Shown here: positions 26,290-37,909 of the stretch, piece by piece | How positions within the stretch are numbered: position 1 is the first letter of the stretch | Layout of the letters: each line of letters begins with the position of its first letter | DNA from: Eledone cirrhosa | Taxonomy: Eukaryota | Length of the DNA: 64,000 nt | Assembly: GCA_964016885.1 (NCBI GenBank) | Contig: OZ024742.1 | Span: forward strand, 254,324,001-254,388,000 | Direction: 5' to 3' | Translations under genes and position numbers: made by a program | Notes under the pieces: generated by a model | What the model was told of the DNA's origin: nothing | The model's input: the letters and a program-made list of their open reading frames with translations, nothing else | Database searches by the model: none

Positions 26290-26865
26290 TATATCAAACT
26301 GTACAGGCAACAATATCAAAGCAATCAAAGGCAGTGATATCAAGCAAGTCGAGGATTTTAAATACCTTGGCTCCTGGATCATCGACTCTGGGAAGGATTT
26401 TGCCACTAGAAAAGCCCAAGCATGGCCAGCTTGTAACAAGAGTTTGGTGTTCAAATCTTTCCAACAAGACCCAAATGAGACTCTCCCAAGTAGCAATTCA
26501 ATCAATGTTACTATATGGAAGTGAAACATGGACACTTTCGAACAAACAACAAAAGCACCTACACTCGCCTACTTCAACACATTCAGAACATAAGCTGGCA
26601 ACATCTGACTTTGAAAGAAATATATGCCAGTCCCCCATGCATATGTTATGGTATGTAAAAGAGTAAGATTTGCTGGCCACTGATATCGTGCCACCCATGA
26701 GGCTATGTTCCTACTAGTGCTCTAGAAACCTCAAGCTCTCCAATCATGATGTCATCTCCAAAGATTTTGGTATTGAAATCCAGGACTTGGCAATGGCAAT
26801 GAAAGACAGACACATGTGAAGATCAATTGTTGAGTTGATTTCGACTGAGGCCACTGGATGATGAT
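26290..26865 (+). mobile_element. RTE/RTEX-like LINE 3' fragment, different family
   Basis: VEDFKYLGSWI..RKAQAW; SMLLYGSETWTLS; GATGATGA end. Confidence 0.75.
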
Positions 26866-26964
26866 TGTTAAACATATGCTTTCCCTGCTAGCAAGGGTTA
26901 GACATATATATGTGTGTGTATGCAAACATTAAATAGAAAATAATGAAGGGAATAATATAATATA

Positions 26965-27488
26965 ATTGTTTCGACTTTTGGCACCAGGCCAGCAATTATC
27001 CCACTGCATTACTGGTACTTTATTTTATCAACCCCGTAAGGATGAAAGGCAAAGTTAACCTCGGCGAGATTTGAACTCAGATCGTAAAGGCCCGTAACTC
27101 CATGCTTGGTGTCTGACCCTCTAATGATACTGCCAATCCACCGCCCTAGTGAATAATATAATATAATTGTTTCTACTTTTGGCACAAGGCCAGCAATTAC
27201 CCAGTACATTACTGGTACTTTATTTTATCGACCCCGTAAGGATGAAAGGCAAAGTCAACCTCGGCGGGATTTGAACTCAGATCGTAAAGGGACGTAACTA
27301 TGCTGGAAAGCATGGTGTCTGACCCTCCACCGATACTGCCAATCCACAATAATGCTTTCTGATTTAGGCACAGGGCTAACAATTTGAAGGGAAGAGGAGA
27401 GCCGATTAAATTGGCCTCAGTGCCTTACTGTAGGGATTTAAATAAGAATGGAAAGAGATGTAACTATATACCACAATACAAGAGAGAA

Positions 27489-27536
<48 letters not shown>

Positions 27537-27717
27537 TGTTTCTACTTTAGGCACAAGGCCAGCAATTAACCAGTGCATTACTGGTACTTTATTTTATCGA
27601 CCCCGTAAGGATGAAAGGCAAAGTCAACCTTGGCGCGATTTGAACTCAGATCGTAAAGGGACGTAACTGTGCTGCAAAGCATGGCGTCTGACCCTCTACC
27701 GATACTGCCAATCCACC
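26965..27717 (-). mobile_element. Tandem cluster of SINE A copies (26965-27146, 27167-27347, fragment ~27355-27430, 27536-27717)
   Basis: Three highly similar ~180-bp units, each preceded on + by an AAT-rich tail. Confidence 0.9.
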
Positions 27718-27949
27718 AATGAAGATATATATTAGTTTGACACTTGGTAAAGAACGTTTTGATTGCTAATCAATTATCAGGAGATAAAATGAGAAATAAA
27801 AGAAGAAATAGAAAGATAGAGGCATGTGAGAGGAAGAAACAGAAAAAATATTATTTTGGAGAAAAAGCATGTGTGTGTTTAATTAGCAACTTTGGGTAAA
27901 AGCCGCATATATATATCTATTTATCTATCTATCTATCTATCTATATATC

Positions 27950-28003
<54 letters not shown>

Positions 28004-28089
28004 AGTGTGTGTGTGTGTATGTGTGTGTGTGTGTGTGTATAATATATTTTATATATATATATATATACTGTTACATCACTAGAATCTAA

Positions 28090-29070
28090 AAAGCACAACC
28101 TCCAGAACAGCATGATGTCCACCATCAACTATCAAAGAGCAGCCGATGAACCTGGGTCATTGTAAAAATGAAACTCAATCCCAAAGTGTTCTTTTCATTT
28201 GTAAAAAAAACACAAAGTCACTGGCTCCACTGTTGGCCCTCTAATTGATGAAAATGGCACTCTCCAAGATAATGCTAAAACCATGGGTTATACTGTAGAA
28301 ACAATACTGCTCTGTTTTCAGCAATCCTGATATGGCTGATCTGGGCTGTATCAGTGATGTTAATCCCCAACACACTATATCGGACATAACGTTTGGCACA
28401 CCTAATGTTCTAGTGGCAATAAAAGAAACTAAACACAATTAAGCAGTAGGCCCTTGTAGGTTCCCTGCTTGTGTTCTGAAGGTGTGTCAACACCAAATTG
28501 CATCTCCTCTTGCTAATCTGTGGAGGAACTCACTTGATGCTGGATATATACCAGAAAACTTACTATCCCAGTCTGTTGTCCCAGTGTTACAAAAATGAAA
28601 CAAATCCCTTGCCCTGAGTTACTATCCGATCTCACTCACCTCTCATATCATTAAGGTATTTGAGAGGGTGGTGAGATCATGAATAACTCACTTTCTCGAA
28701 AACAACAATCTGCTGAACTCCAACCAACATGGATTCCATAATGGAAGGGATTGCCTAACTCAGCTACTGCATCACTTTGATGACATTTTGAGAGTTTTTG
28801 GTAGAGGGCTCCAACACTGATGTCATCTAGCTTGATTTCAGCAAGGCCTTTGAGAGGGTTGATCACAACATTCTACTGAGAAAATTATCCAACATTGGTG
28901 TCACTGGAAAGTTGGTGCAGTGGATAAAGTGTTTTCTGCCAAACAGAGCCCAACATGTTGTAGTTGAAGGAGTAAAATACAGCACAGCCAAAGTCAGTAG
29001 TGGCGTACCGCAAGGCACTGTGTTGGGCCCACTTCTTTCCATCATCTACATTAATGACATTACTGACATT
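28090..29070 (+). mobile_element. CR1-clade LINE RT fragment
   Basis: PISLTSHIIKVFERVV, QHGF, LDFSKAFERVDH, SGVPQGTVLGPLL.IIYINDI. Confidence 0.88.
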
Positions 29071-29254
29071 CAAGAAATCCCAGATAAACCTCCTACACCT
29101 GTATTTGTCTGCAAACAATAACTCCCTTCTTGAGTGGGCCATGGTGTCCAAATCCTGATTTGAAAGACATCGCCAGGTGGTGCCATTCAGTTAGACATGG
29201 CCTGGGCCAATACTGGCCAAAACCTATCAAAGTTATCAAAGTTATATATATATA

Positions 29255-29310
<56 letters not shown>

Positions 29311-29544
29311 CATGTATATATATAACTTTTATGAGAATGCATTTTACATAGCAGTACAGTGTTGTGTGCTGCATGCTGTTGATATTGTATCTTCTAAATG
29401 ACATCCAACTTTGATAATTTTTGAATGAGGATCATCATTATCATGATCATATCTATGCATATATATATGTGTGTATGTATATATATATGATTGACTCTTC
29501 CATCTATTTCCATGTATGAGGATCTAAACAACCTATTCAGTTCA

Positions 29545-29920
29545 TTCAGTTTGGATGATTATACTGGGCATGACACTTTAGACCTGCAAAGAACTTGCAA
29601 GCAAATCCACAGATCATGCAAGGGAGAGGTTTACTGGATGATGTTGCTGGTATGTTTGATAATGCTTTTCACCTCCCTCTTGATTCTTGTAGCCTATGGA
29701 TGAAGCTGAACTTGAATATCCTGATCCTATTACGACACTCAGATTCCTGGTTTTTCCATGCATGGCTACTTGCTCAAATGTCTCATAAGGTACATTTGTT
29801 GCAGAAGTATTACTCTTCAGCTTGTTTTTGTGCCTGGGTCATGGCTGTCCAACATTTATATATCCACCATCTAGCTGGCTATACATGAGGACTTTTGGTA
29901 TTTTTTGTCTTTCATTCTGA
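29545..29920 (-). mobile_element. Degenerate LINE 3' end (RTE/BovB-like) with terminal C2H2 finger
   Basis: Minus-strand PCMICGFACKFFAGLKCHAQYNHPN* (C-x2-C-x12-H-x4-H). Confidence 0.5.
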
Positions 29921-30867
29921 TGAAATGACCAGCCCAATCTTAGCACTAAAACAGTTTTTAAGCATAATAGACGTGATACACACTCAAACTGTACTGGCAT
30001 GAAATAAACTATAGTCTATATAAAACTTTGTATGATGTTCATTTGCTAGAGATTCTCATTTGCATATAGCAAATAGAAAACATCTGCTAGAAATGCTCAT
30101 TTGCATATAGTCTGAACTTGAATTTTTTTCCAGCTGAGTGGATTGGAGCAAAATGAAATATATTGTCATGCTCAAAGATATTTCATGTCACTCATCTAGC
30201 AATTGAATTCCTGTCTTTACAATCATAAGTCTAATACCTTAACCATAATGTAGACTTGGGAATTGAACACATGACCTTAGGATTGTGAGCTGAACACCTT
30301 ACCCACTAAGCCACATCACTTCACTAAAATGAATGAATTAATTAATAATTCAATGTTGGTTTAGCAGAAGAAATAAGACAACACTTGAAACAAAAACTAA
30401 CTTGGCAAACAATAGTAATTTTACTCAAAGAAACACAACACAGAAATGAATCATTTTGAAATAGAAAAAAAATTGTTAAAATTTTTCCTACAATATCCAA
30501 TAGCCTTTTCAATTAAAAGAACAATAACAGAGAGTATCAATTAGTCTTGTTTCTTTCTATTGAAAATAAAATATTTGAATTTATTTTTAGTTTCTTGAAA
30601 GCAGCTGATTTATTATTTTCATGTCTTCCTTTCTGCATTTTACCGAGTGATTCTCACTGTTATTGAGAAATGTCATGTCTCTCTCGCTCTCTCTTTGTGA
30701 TGCATACAGTTGATAAATGTAGGGTAAAGAAATGCCAGAAGATGCCTGTGAAAGAAAGCTGCAGAAGAGGAAGACAGAAGAAAAAATCTGAAGCAGAAAT
30801 GACAAAGGAATGCTATGATTGGAAGGGGGCTGTTTTGGAAAGAACCTATGCATATATATATATATAT

Positions 30868-32518
30868 CATCATCATCATCACCATCAGTGTTTAACGTCC
30901 ATCTTCCATGCTAGCATGGGTTAGACGGGAGTTGCACCACTTGAGGCAAGGTTGGTCGAGTGACCGTGTCTCACTCATATAGGACTATCTGGCAGGTTTT
31001 CTACAGCTGGATGCCCTTCCTAACACCAACCACATTTACAGTGTGGAACTGGGAACTTTTTGCCGTGTCACCTACATGGCTACATTACAGCGTGGACGGT
31101 GTGTTTTTTGTCGTGACACCTACACGATCTCGATCTCATTATCTCATTTATTTGGACTGGATGTTGTGGTACCAACTTTACAGAGAGAGGGTGGTGTTGG
31201 TAGGAGTGGGAGGATAGGGTAGGGGTAGTGGATTGGGGTGTATATTTGGTTAAGAGGTGCCTACTGACTGTAGGTTTCGCTTTGTACATAGGCAAGGCAG
31301 GTCTTCTGTATTACTGAGCAGGGCCAAAGATCTCAGTCCAGTGACATTGTCTTAGAGAGGTGCAAGTGTATAAGGTCGGAATTTATCAGATCGTCCCAGG
31401 TTTTTCTAGGTCTACCTACTCTACTCCATAACTACCATCAATTTTGATCTCCCTGCACCTTTTTATACAGCTGTCGTCTTTCATGCACATCATGTGGCCA
31501 TACCAACGTAGTCTTTTTTCAAGTAAACAGCATCTGATCCCTCTTATTCCTAATTTCTCACTTAGTTCATTTATGCTTTGCCGTTCGCGTATATTACTAT
31601 TATATATCCAACGGAGCATGCAAGCTTCGTTTTTCTCCAGTCTGCACAGGTCCTCTGCATGTAATGCCTATGTCTCACTGCCATGTAGCATTGCTGTTCG
31701 TATACAGGCATCATACAATCTGCCTTTCATTTTTAGAGAGAAAACTGACTCTGGCTACTGTACTTTCAGAACACCCTCCACCACTGCTGATTTCGTCAAC
31801 CAGGTAATGGAAATGTCCACTATTTCTATAGAACCATCTGGGCACTAGAAGGAGCTACTTATTGCACCTGAGCATTGGCCACATATAAAGTCTACGTTCT
31901 TAGATAGTTTACCTGCGATTCCACTACATCTTTTATGTACCCATACTTCGCATTTGGGACATAAAATGGAATTTCTGCCTACTCCTTTCCTACACACTGA
32001 GCATGGCCATTTCCCTGAGGGCACCTGTGCCCAATTTGCCTTTCCTCAAACTAGAACTTTAGTCTTAGACAAGTAAACTTTAAGGCCTTTTGATTCTAGG
32101 CCATGCTCTCATGTTTGGAATTTCTTCTCTAGTTCAGCCATAGATTCAGCTATGAGAGTTTGATCATCTGTGTATAGGAGTTCTCATGGGCAGCCAGTCT
32201 TGAACTCCTCTGTTATAGCTTGAAGGGCAATAATAAATAGGAGGAGGCTAAGGACAGAGCCCTGATGAACACCAACTTTTACACTAAATTCTTCACAATG
32301 TTCATTGTTGATTCTAACCTTACTGACTGTTTCTTTATACAAAGCTTGTATAGCTCTCACAAGCCATTCATCTACACCTAGTTTTCTAAGAGCCCACCAG
32401 ATAATGGAGTGGGGTACTCTGTCAAAAGCTTTCTCCAGGTCTACAAAAGCTAAGTAGAGGGGTTTACTTTTAGCTAGGTACTTCTTCTGTAGTTGTCGTA
32501 CAAGGAAAAGAGCGTCTG

Positions 32519-32520
<2 letters not shown>
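30868..32520 (-). mobile_element. 5'-truncated RTE copy with 3'UTR and (GAT)n tail, bounded by (TA)n
   Basis: Reverse complement collinear with ~51910-53820. Confidence 0.9.
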
Positions 32521-32557
<37 letters not shown>

Positions 32558-32765
32558 GACGGGTAAAGAAATCCTTCGGTCACACACGACAAACGGTATA
32601 CACCTAGAAAGTTCTACTCCAAGGCAAGATGTCTTTGTGGAAGACCAGCAGCTGCAATTCATTTCTACAGCTGAGTGAACTGATCAAGAACAGAACATAA
32701 CACCTGGTCTGGGAACCAGAGTTTCACACACACATACACACATATAATAATATATATATATATAT

Positions 32766-32825
<60 letters not shown>

Positions 32826-33000
32826 TTCCACTGCAAAGTGGTCGTGTAGGTGCCACGGCAAAAAACCACCCAGCACTCACTGTAAATGAGGTTGGTGTTA
32901 GGAAGGGCATCCAGCTGTAGAAATCAAGCCAGAATCAGTTCCCTTCCCACCCTTGCAAGCAGGGAAAAGCGGACGTAAAATGAAATGATGATGAAATGAT

Positions 33001-34450
33001 ACAAGGTGTATTCAATAAGTAACAAGAACATTTCAAGAGAGGCATTGTTTATTTTTATGAGTTTATAAAACTTTGTCTCTTTCTAAATAATTGTTTCTAC
33101 TTTCGGCACAAGGCCAGCAATTATCCCAGTGCATTACTGGTACTTTATTTTATCGATCCCGTAAGGATGAAAGACAAAGTTAACTTCAGCGGGATTTGAA
33201 CTCAGACTATAAAGAGACATAACTCTATGCTGTAAAGCATGGCATCCGACCCTCTACTGATACAGCTAATGCACCCTCATCCATCTTCTAAGTAATGATC
33301 TCACATATCTAAAGATTTGTGCAGGCATTTTTCACACTCCTGGAAGACTTCTTCCCAGCCTTTCATCTGCGGTCCCATCAGGAATTTGCCAGCGCCCCTT
33401 TCAGTTCCTGTGTTGACTCAAATCTAATTTCCCTGAGGCTGTCTTTCATGCATGAGAACAGAAAGAAATCACAAGAAGCTAGTTCAAGGCCGTAAGGGGA
33501 GTCTTGTACTACTTTCATTGCCCTTTTGGTCATCCAGCTGGTCACCAGCATTGACTTGTGGCATGAAGTATTTTCCTGGTGGAACTACCACTATCCATTG
33601 CTCTTCTGCCTCTCCCTGAGCCTTTTCAGAACATTATGGTAATACTCTTTATTGATGGTTTGGCCCTCAGGAACCCATTTAACGTGAATTAGCCCCAGGA
33701 GTTGAAGAAAGGAATGACTATGGCCTTCTCTTGTGACTTGATCATCTTTGCCTTCTTGGACTTTGGTGAAGATATGTGTATCCACTGGGAACTTAGACAT
33801 TTACTCTCAAGGTAGGAGGTGAATACCAAACTCTAGTTGCAAGTCACTATTTTATTCAGGAAATCAGAATCTTCCTTTATCATATCAAGAATGTCTGTGC
33901 AATATTCCATACAAAATTTTAATCATTGGAGAGGCTCTTTGGCACAGACCTTGTGAAGCTCCAGATCTTTGATCAGGATTGTCTCCACTATGCCAATACT
34001 AATACCAATAGCTTCAGATATCATCCACACAGTAGCTCCATGGTTTTGCATCACTAATTTTTGCATTTCCTCAATGTTTTCCTGTTTTCATATGCTATTC
34101 TGTGCTGCAGATCAGCATTCATCCTTAACCTGTTCATCTCCTTCAAAAAATCGTTTAACCCTTATGTAAAAACTTGCTTTGCTCATCAATTCACCCTCAT
34201 AGGCCTCCTTTTATATTTTATGAGCTTCTTGTTTGGTTTTCTTCCCTGCATCTTACCACATGTTGACAGATCAGCAAATGAGATCAAACTTGTTCCACCA
34301 TGTACATCACTGTGCTCAAATCTAGACAGATAGGAAGTTGCCAGTTAGTCATTTTATTCACTATATGTAAATCCATTTTACTATGAAGTAGCCTTCTAAT
34401 TGAATGATATTTAATGCCTCCTCTGAAATTTTCTCATTACTTATATATAT
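33001..34450 (-). mobile_element. Degenerate mariner element carrying a SINE A insertion (33090-33275)
   Basis: WVPEGQTINKEYYHNVLKRLRE; TA-CAAGGTGTATTCAATAAGTAA terminus, decayed opposite end. Confidence 0.75.
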
Positions 34451-34625
34451 TACATATTACACTGTTTATATAAAAAAAAGAGTAATTGAAGTTTCGGTTC
34501 AACACTTTTTATTTGTTATCACATGTAACACATGTTTTGCAATAGAGATTAGAATTGCCATATATCCATTTCTACATGTGCATCTGATGAACAAATTGAT
34601 CCTAGAATTAAGTTGATCATCATTA

Positions 34626-35556
34626 TCTATAAAAGGCAGATTGTTGTTGTTGTGTATGTGTGCATGTTCCATGTTTATACATTTGCACAATTTCAAACCG
34701 ATTCGAGTCAAAGTCTGTAAGAATGTTGTAAATGGTCTAACTTAGGCCAACGACTATTTATTTCATTCAAACTCACCCACAATTACGGAAATAAACGCTA
34801 AAACTAAATACATGACGCTTTACCCCTCTAATACTATCAGTATACCTCTCTCTACTCCTCTTAAAATTCGATAAAACTACATACATGCTGCAACTTTCTC
34901 TGATATACGATTAAACTTACAAACTTTAAGAGAGAGAGAGAATGAGAGGGAGAGAGAGAGAGGGAAGTTTGTTTTTGAGTGTGGAACAGTCAAATATTTA
35001 TTTACTTCAATGACAAAGAGAACTTATTACATTTCATACGAAACAATAATTATTCAAAAGCAACAGATAAATTTATTCAACAACAAAAAAAATAGCGATA
35101 AATCTTTTTTAAAACATCTATCAACGAACGTGGAAGAAAGAAGTATCAGTTCATTTACTATACACAATAATATCCTCTATGAGGTCACTAAACCTGCTAG
35201 AAACAGCAGCTAACTCTCCCCAATATCACACCCCTCCCTACTGTCTTAAATTTAGAAAAGACATAGACAACCGTGCAGAACAACTCCATCGCAGCTCTGT
35301 TGTTCGGCTGGCATTGTCTACGCGCGTGTTGCGCAAGTACTGTGAAACAATAAATTTCAACACTTCTTTGCACAGAGATAATATCCATAGGCGAAACTAC
35401 AATTGTCACTGCTGACGCAGCTCCTGCTTCAGCAGTCCAGGTCTGCAATTCATTCACCCAGTGCCTGGCAGACAAAAAAGTGCTGCCATAAAATGGGTGG
35501 TGCAACCTAACTTTGGTAACTTACTGACCCCGAGCAACGCCGGGCTTTAATGCTTG
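34626..35556 (+). mobile_element. Non-autonomous Helitron (probable)
   Basis: A|TCTATAAAAGG 5'; 3' hairpin CCCGAGCAACGCCGGG followed by CTTG|T (CTRR variant). Confidence 0.55.
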
Positions 35557-36585
35557 TAACTGATAAAAGCCCCAGGCTGATCATTTGAAAAAACATGTTA
35601 CACATAACAAGGAATAAAATATGTTTAACTGAACATTTGATCTCTCTTTCTTAATATATATATATTCACGGATGACCTGTCATTAGAATAACACAGAATT
35701 GGCAGGTCATCTTCAAATCAAAATCAGTCATCTATTTTCTATTTTCTGCTTGTGTTTGCCAAAATCCTGTTCTCTTATATAACTAATTCTGCAATTAACA
35801 CCTGATGAAATCGCCTAGATCTTGCATCATATTCAGATGATGAAGCTGTGTTATTGAAATATGTATAGTGTCTGTGCAGGATTAAAATTATAAAGACTCA
35901 AGTCATAAACATAGCCACCATCCTTGTGCTGACCAATATGTCCATTAAAATTGCTAGCTATGACTATAACGTCATCTGTAACTGATGTTGTCTGTAGGAG
36001 ATCCTCATAGAAGCAATCTTTTTGTTTTGACTTAATCCAGCTTGTGGTGCATAGCTGAGCTACTTGTTTGACTGTACTTTGGTGTCCTCTGTATCCTGTA
36101 TCAGTTTTTATTCAGAGTGACTGCTGGGTAGCCTTCACTATAGCTAATGGACCCATGTCAGATCAGCCCCAGCATGGCCTAAGCCGGATATGCATGTATA
36201 TAAATATATATGTATATATATATAAATAAGGAACAAAGCTACTCGATGTAATTGACATAGCTTCGGTTATTTTCTTGCTCATTTAATAATTTAATTAAGT
36301 TTGTATTGTTAAAATACAGACCTATCAACTTGAGTGGATACTTATGTTAATCAGTGAGAAAAGCGACTTCATGTGGGTAGGAATTTGAAGTTTCCATTCT
36401 CCTGGGCTGACACATGACTAAAGCGTCAGTTTCCACGATTCCAATCTGCCAATGATAGTCCAACTAGAATCACTATTTTCAGAAATTAGGTAATGTTATC
36501 AGACATTACCTAAACTGGCAATGAATTGCTTCCTCAACTGGATTTAGCCTCCCATTATATATATATATATATGTATATATATATG

Positions 36586-36783
36586 TAGGAAAAAGTATGA
36601 CCCCGACGGCAGAGTTCAAGCCGTTTCGACGGCTATTTCTGGAGTCCAGAAATAGCCGTCGAAAAGGCTTGAGCTCTGCCGTTGGGGGTCATATTTTTTC
36701 CTATTTCCCACTCTACTACCCTAAGTATTGAGTACTCTGGTGCGTTATGGTCCATCTGGTTCTTTACTACAGTTCCTTTGTTA
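36586..36783. repeat. 118-bp near-perfect palindrome (36586-36703) plus flank, related to 46660-46773 in reverse orientation
   Basis: taggaaaaagtatgaccccgacggc..ttctgga-g-tccagaa..gccgttgggggtcatattttttccta. Confidence 0.9.
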
Positions 36784-36785
36784 TA

Positions 36786-36821
<36 letters not shown>

Positions 36822-37462
36822 CACATGAGCATGTATATGAGATTTTACTTGAAACATGGCAGTTAACTTTCTGTAGTTCATGACTTAATTATTCTATTAT
36901 GATGAAATTATATCTTGATTGATCTAATTATTTGATTACTCCCACATTGATTAACTCTAATGCTATGATGACTTACCCAGATTACACTCCTGTAATATTT
37001 TCATTCCTCCCTCTAAGTCTCTCATCTTTACATAATTTTATTTCATTTAATTCCCCACTATTTCACCTGCTAATATATCCTTTAATCACCAAACCCTTTA
37101 ACATTATGATTACTTTCAAGCTATTCTCCTTTTAATTAACCCTTTAATAAACTTTAATAGGAGGCAAATTTGTGGAGTGATTAGAGTCTCAGATTAAATG
37201 CCTTGTTATATATTCTGGCTCTGATTTCAAATCTTGTCAAAGTCAACTTTGCTTTTCATCCTTCTATGTATGAAAATATAATACCAGCCTAGGGTGTTGG
37301 GGATTGGCAAAAATATTTATAAGTACCAACATTAAGATGTTAATGCATGATTTAAATGTTTATCAGTTAGGTATGATTTTGTACAACAATTAGTGCACCA
37401 TTACACATCTTTTATTTCCAGAATATTTCCACACATATTATTAACATTATTATCACTACTAA

Positions 37463-37689
37463 GGGGCGTGGATCGGCAGAATCGGTAGAGCATTGGACAA
37501 TATGTTTTGCGGCATTTAGTTACGGCTTTTTATGTTCTGATTTCAAATTCCACTGAGGTTTACTTTACCGTTCATCCTGATGGGGTCGATAAAATAAAAC
37601 ACCAGTAAGGCACTGGGCTTAATTTAATCGATTTTCTCCTACCCCAAAATTGCTGGTTTGTGCCTATATTAGAAATTATTATTATTATT
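37463..37689 (+). mobile_element. SINE family A with (ATT)n tail
   Basis: ggatcggcagaatcgg..gatttcaaattcc..ggggtcgataaaataaa..agaaattattattatt. Confidence 0.82.
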
Positions 37690-37909
37690 TTCCTTTATGT
37701 ACAATGACACCGAGTATCAACCAGATCAACATTGGTTGGGACAGTTTTTGATAGAGGTTTTTATATATTGTTCCATCCTCTCATCCACTTAACAAGTCAC
37801 ATTACAAAAGTTGATAGGTAAGTAAGTTAAAGAAAAAAGGAAAATATAAAAAGGTAGGAGCAGGAGGAGATAAAAAGAAGTATTAAGGAATATAAAAGAT
37901 ATAAATTAA

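Noticed and set aside
26965-27717. Regularly spaced repeats as a CRISPR-like array or tRNA cluster
   Set aside because: ~180-bp SINE units with tails; no unique spacers, no cas genes, no complete cloverleaf.
30425-32520. 3' transduction of the conserved element by RTE
   Set aside because: The sequence between the RTE tail and the element differs between the two loci (30690-30850 vs 54345-54450).
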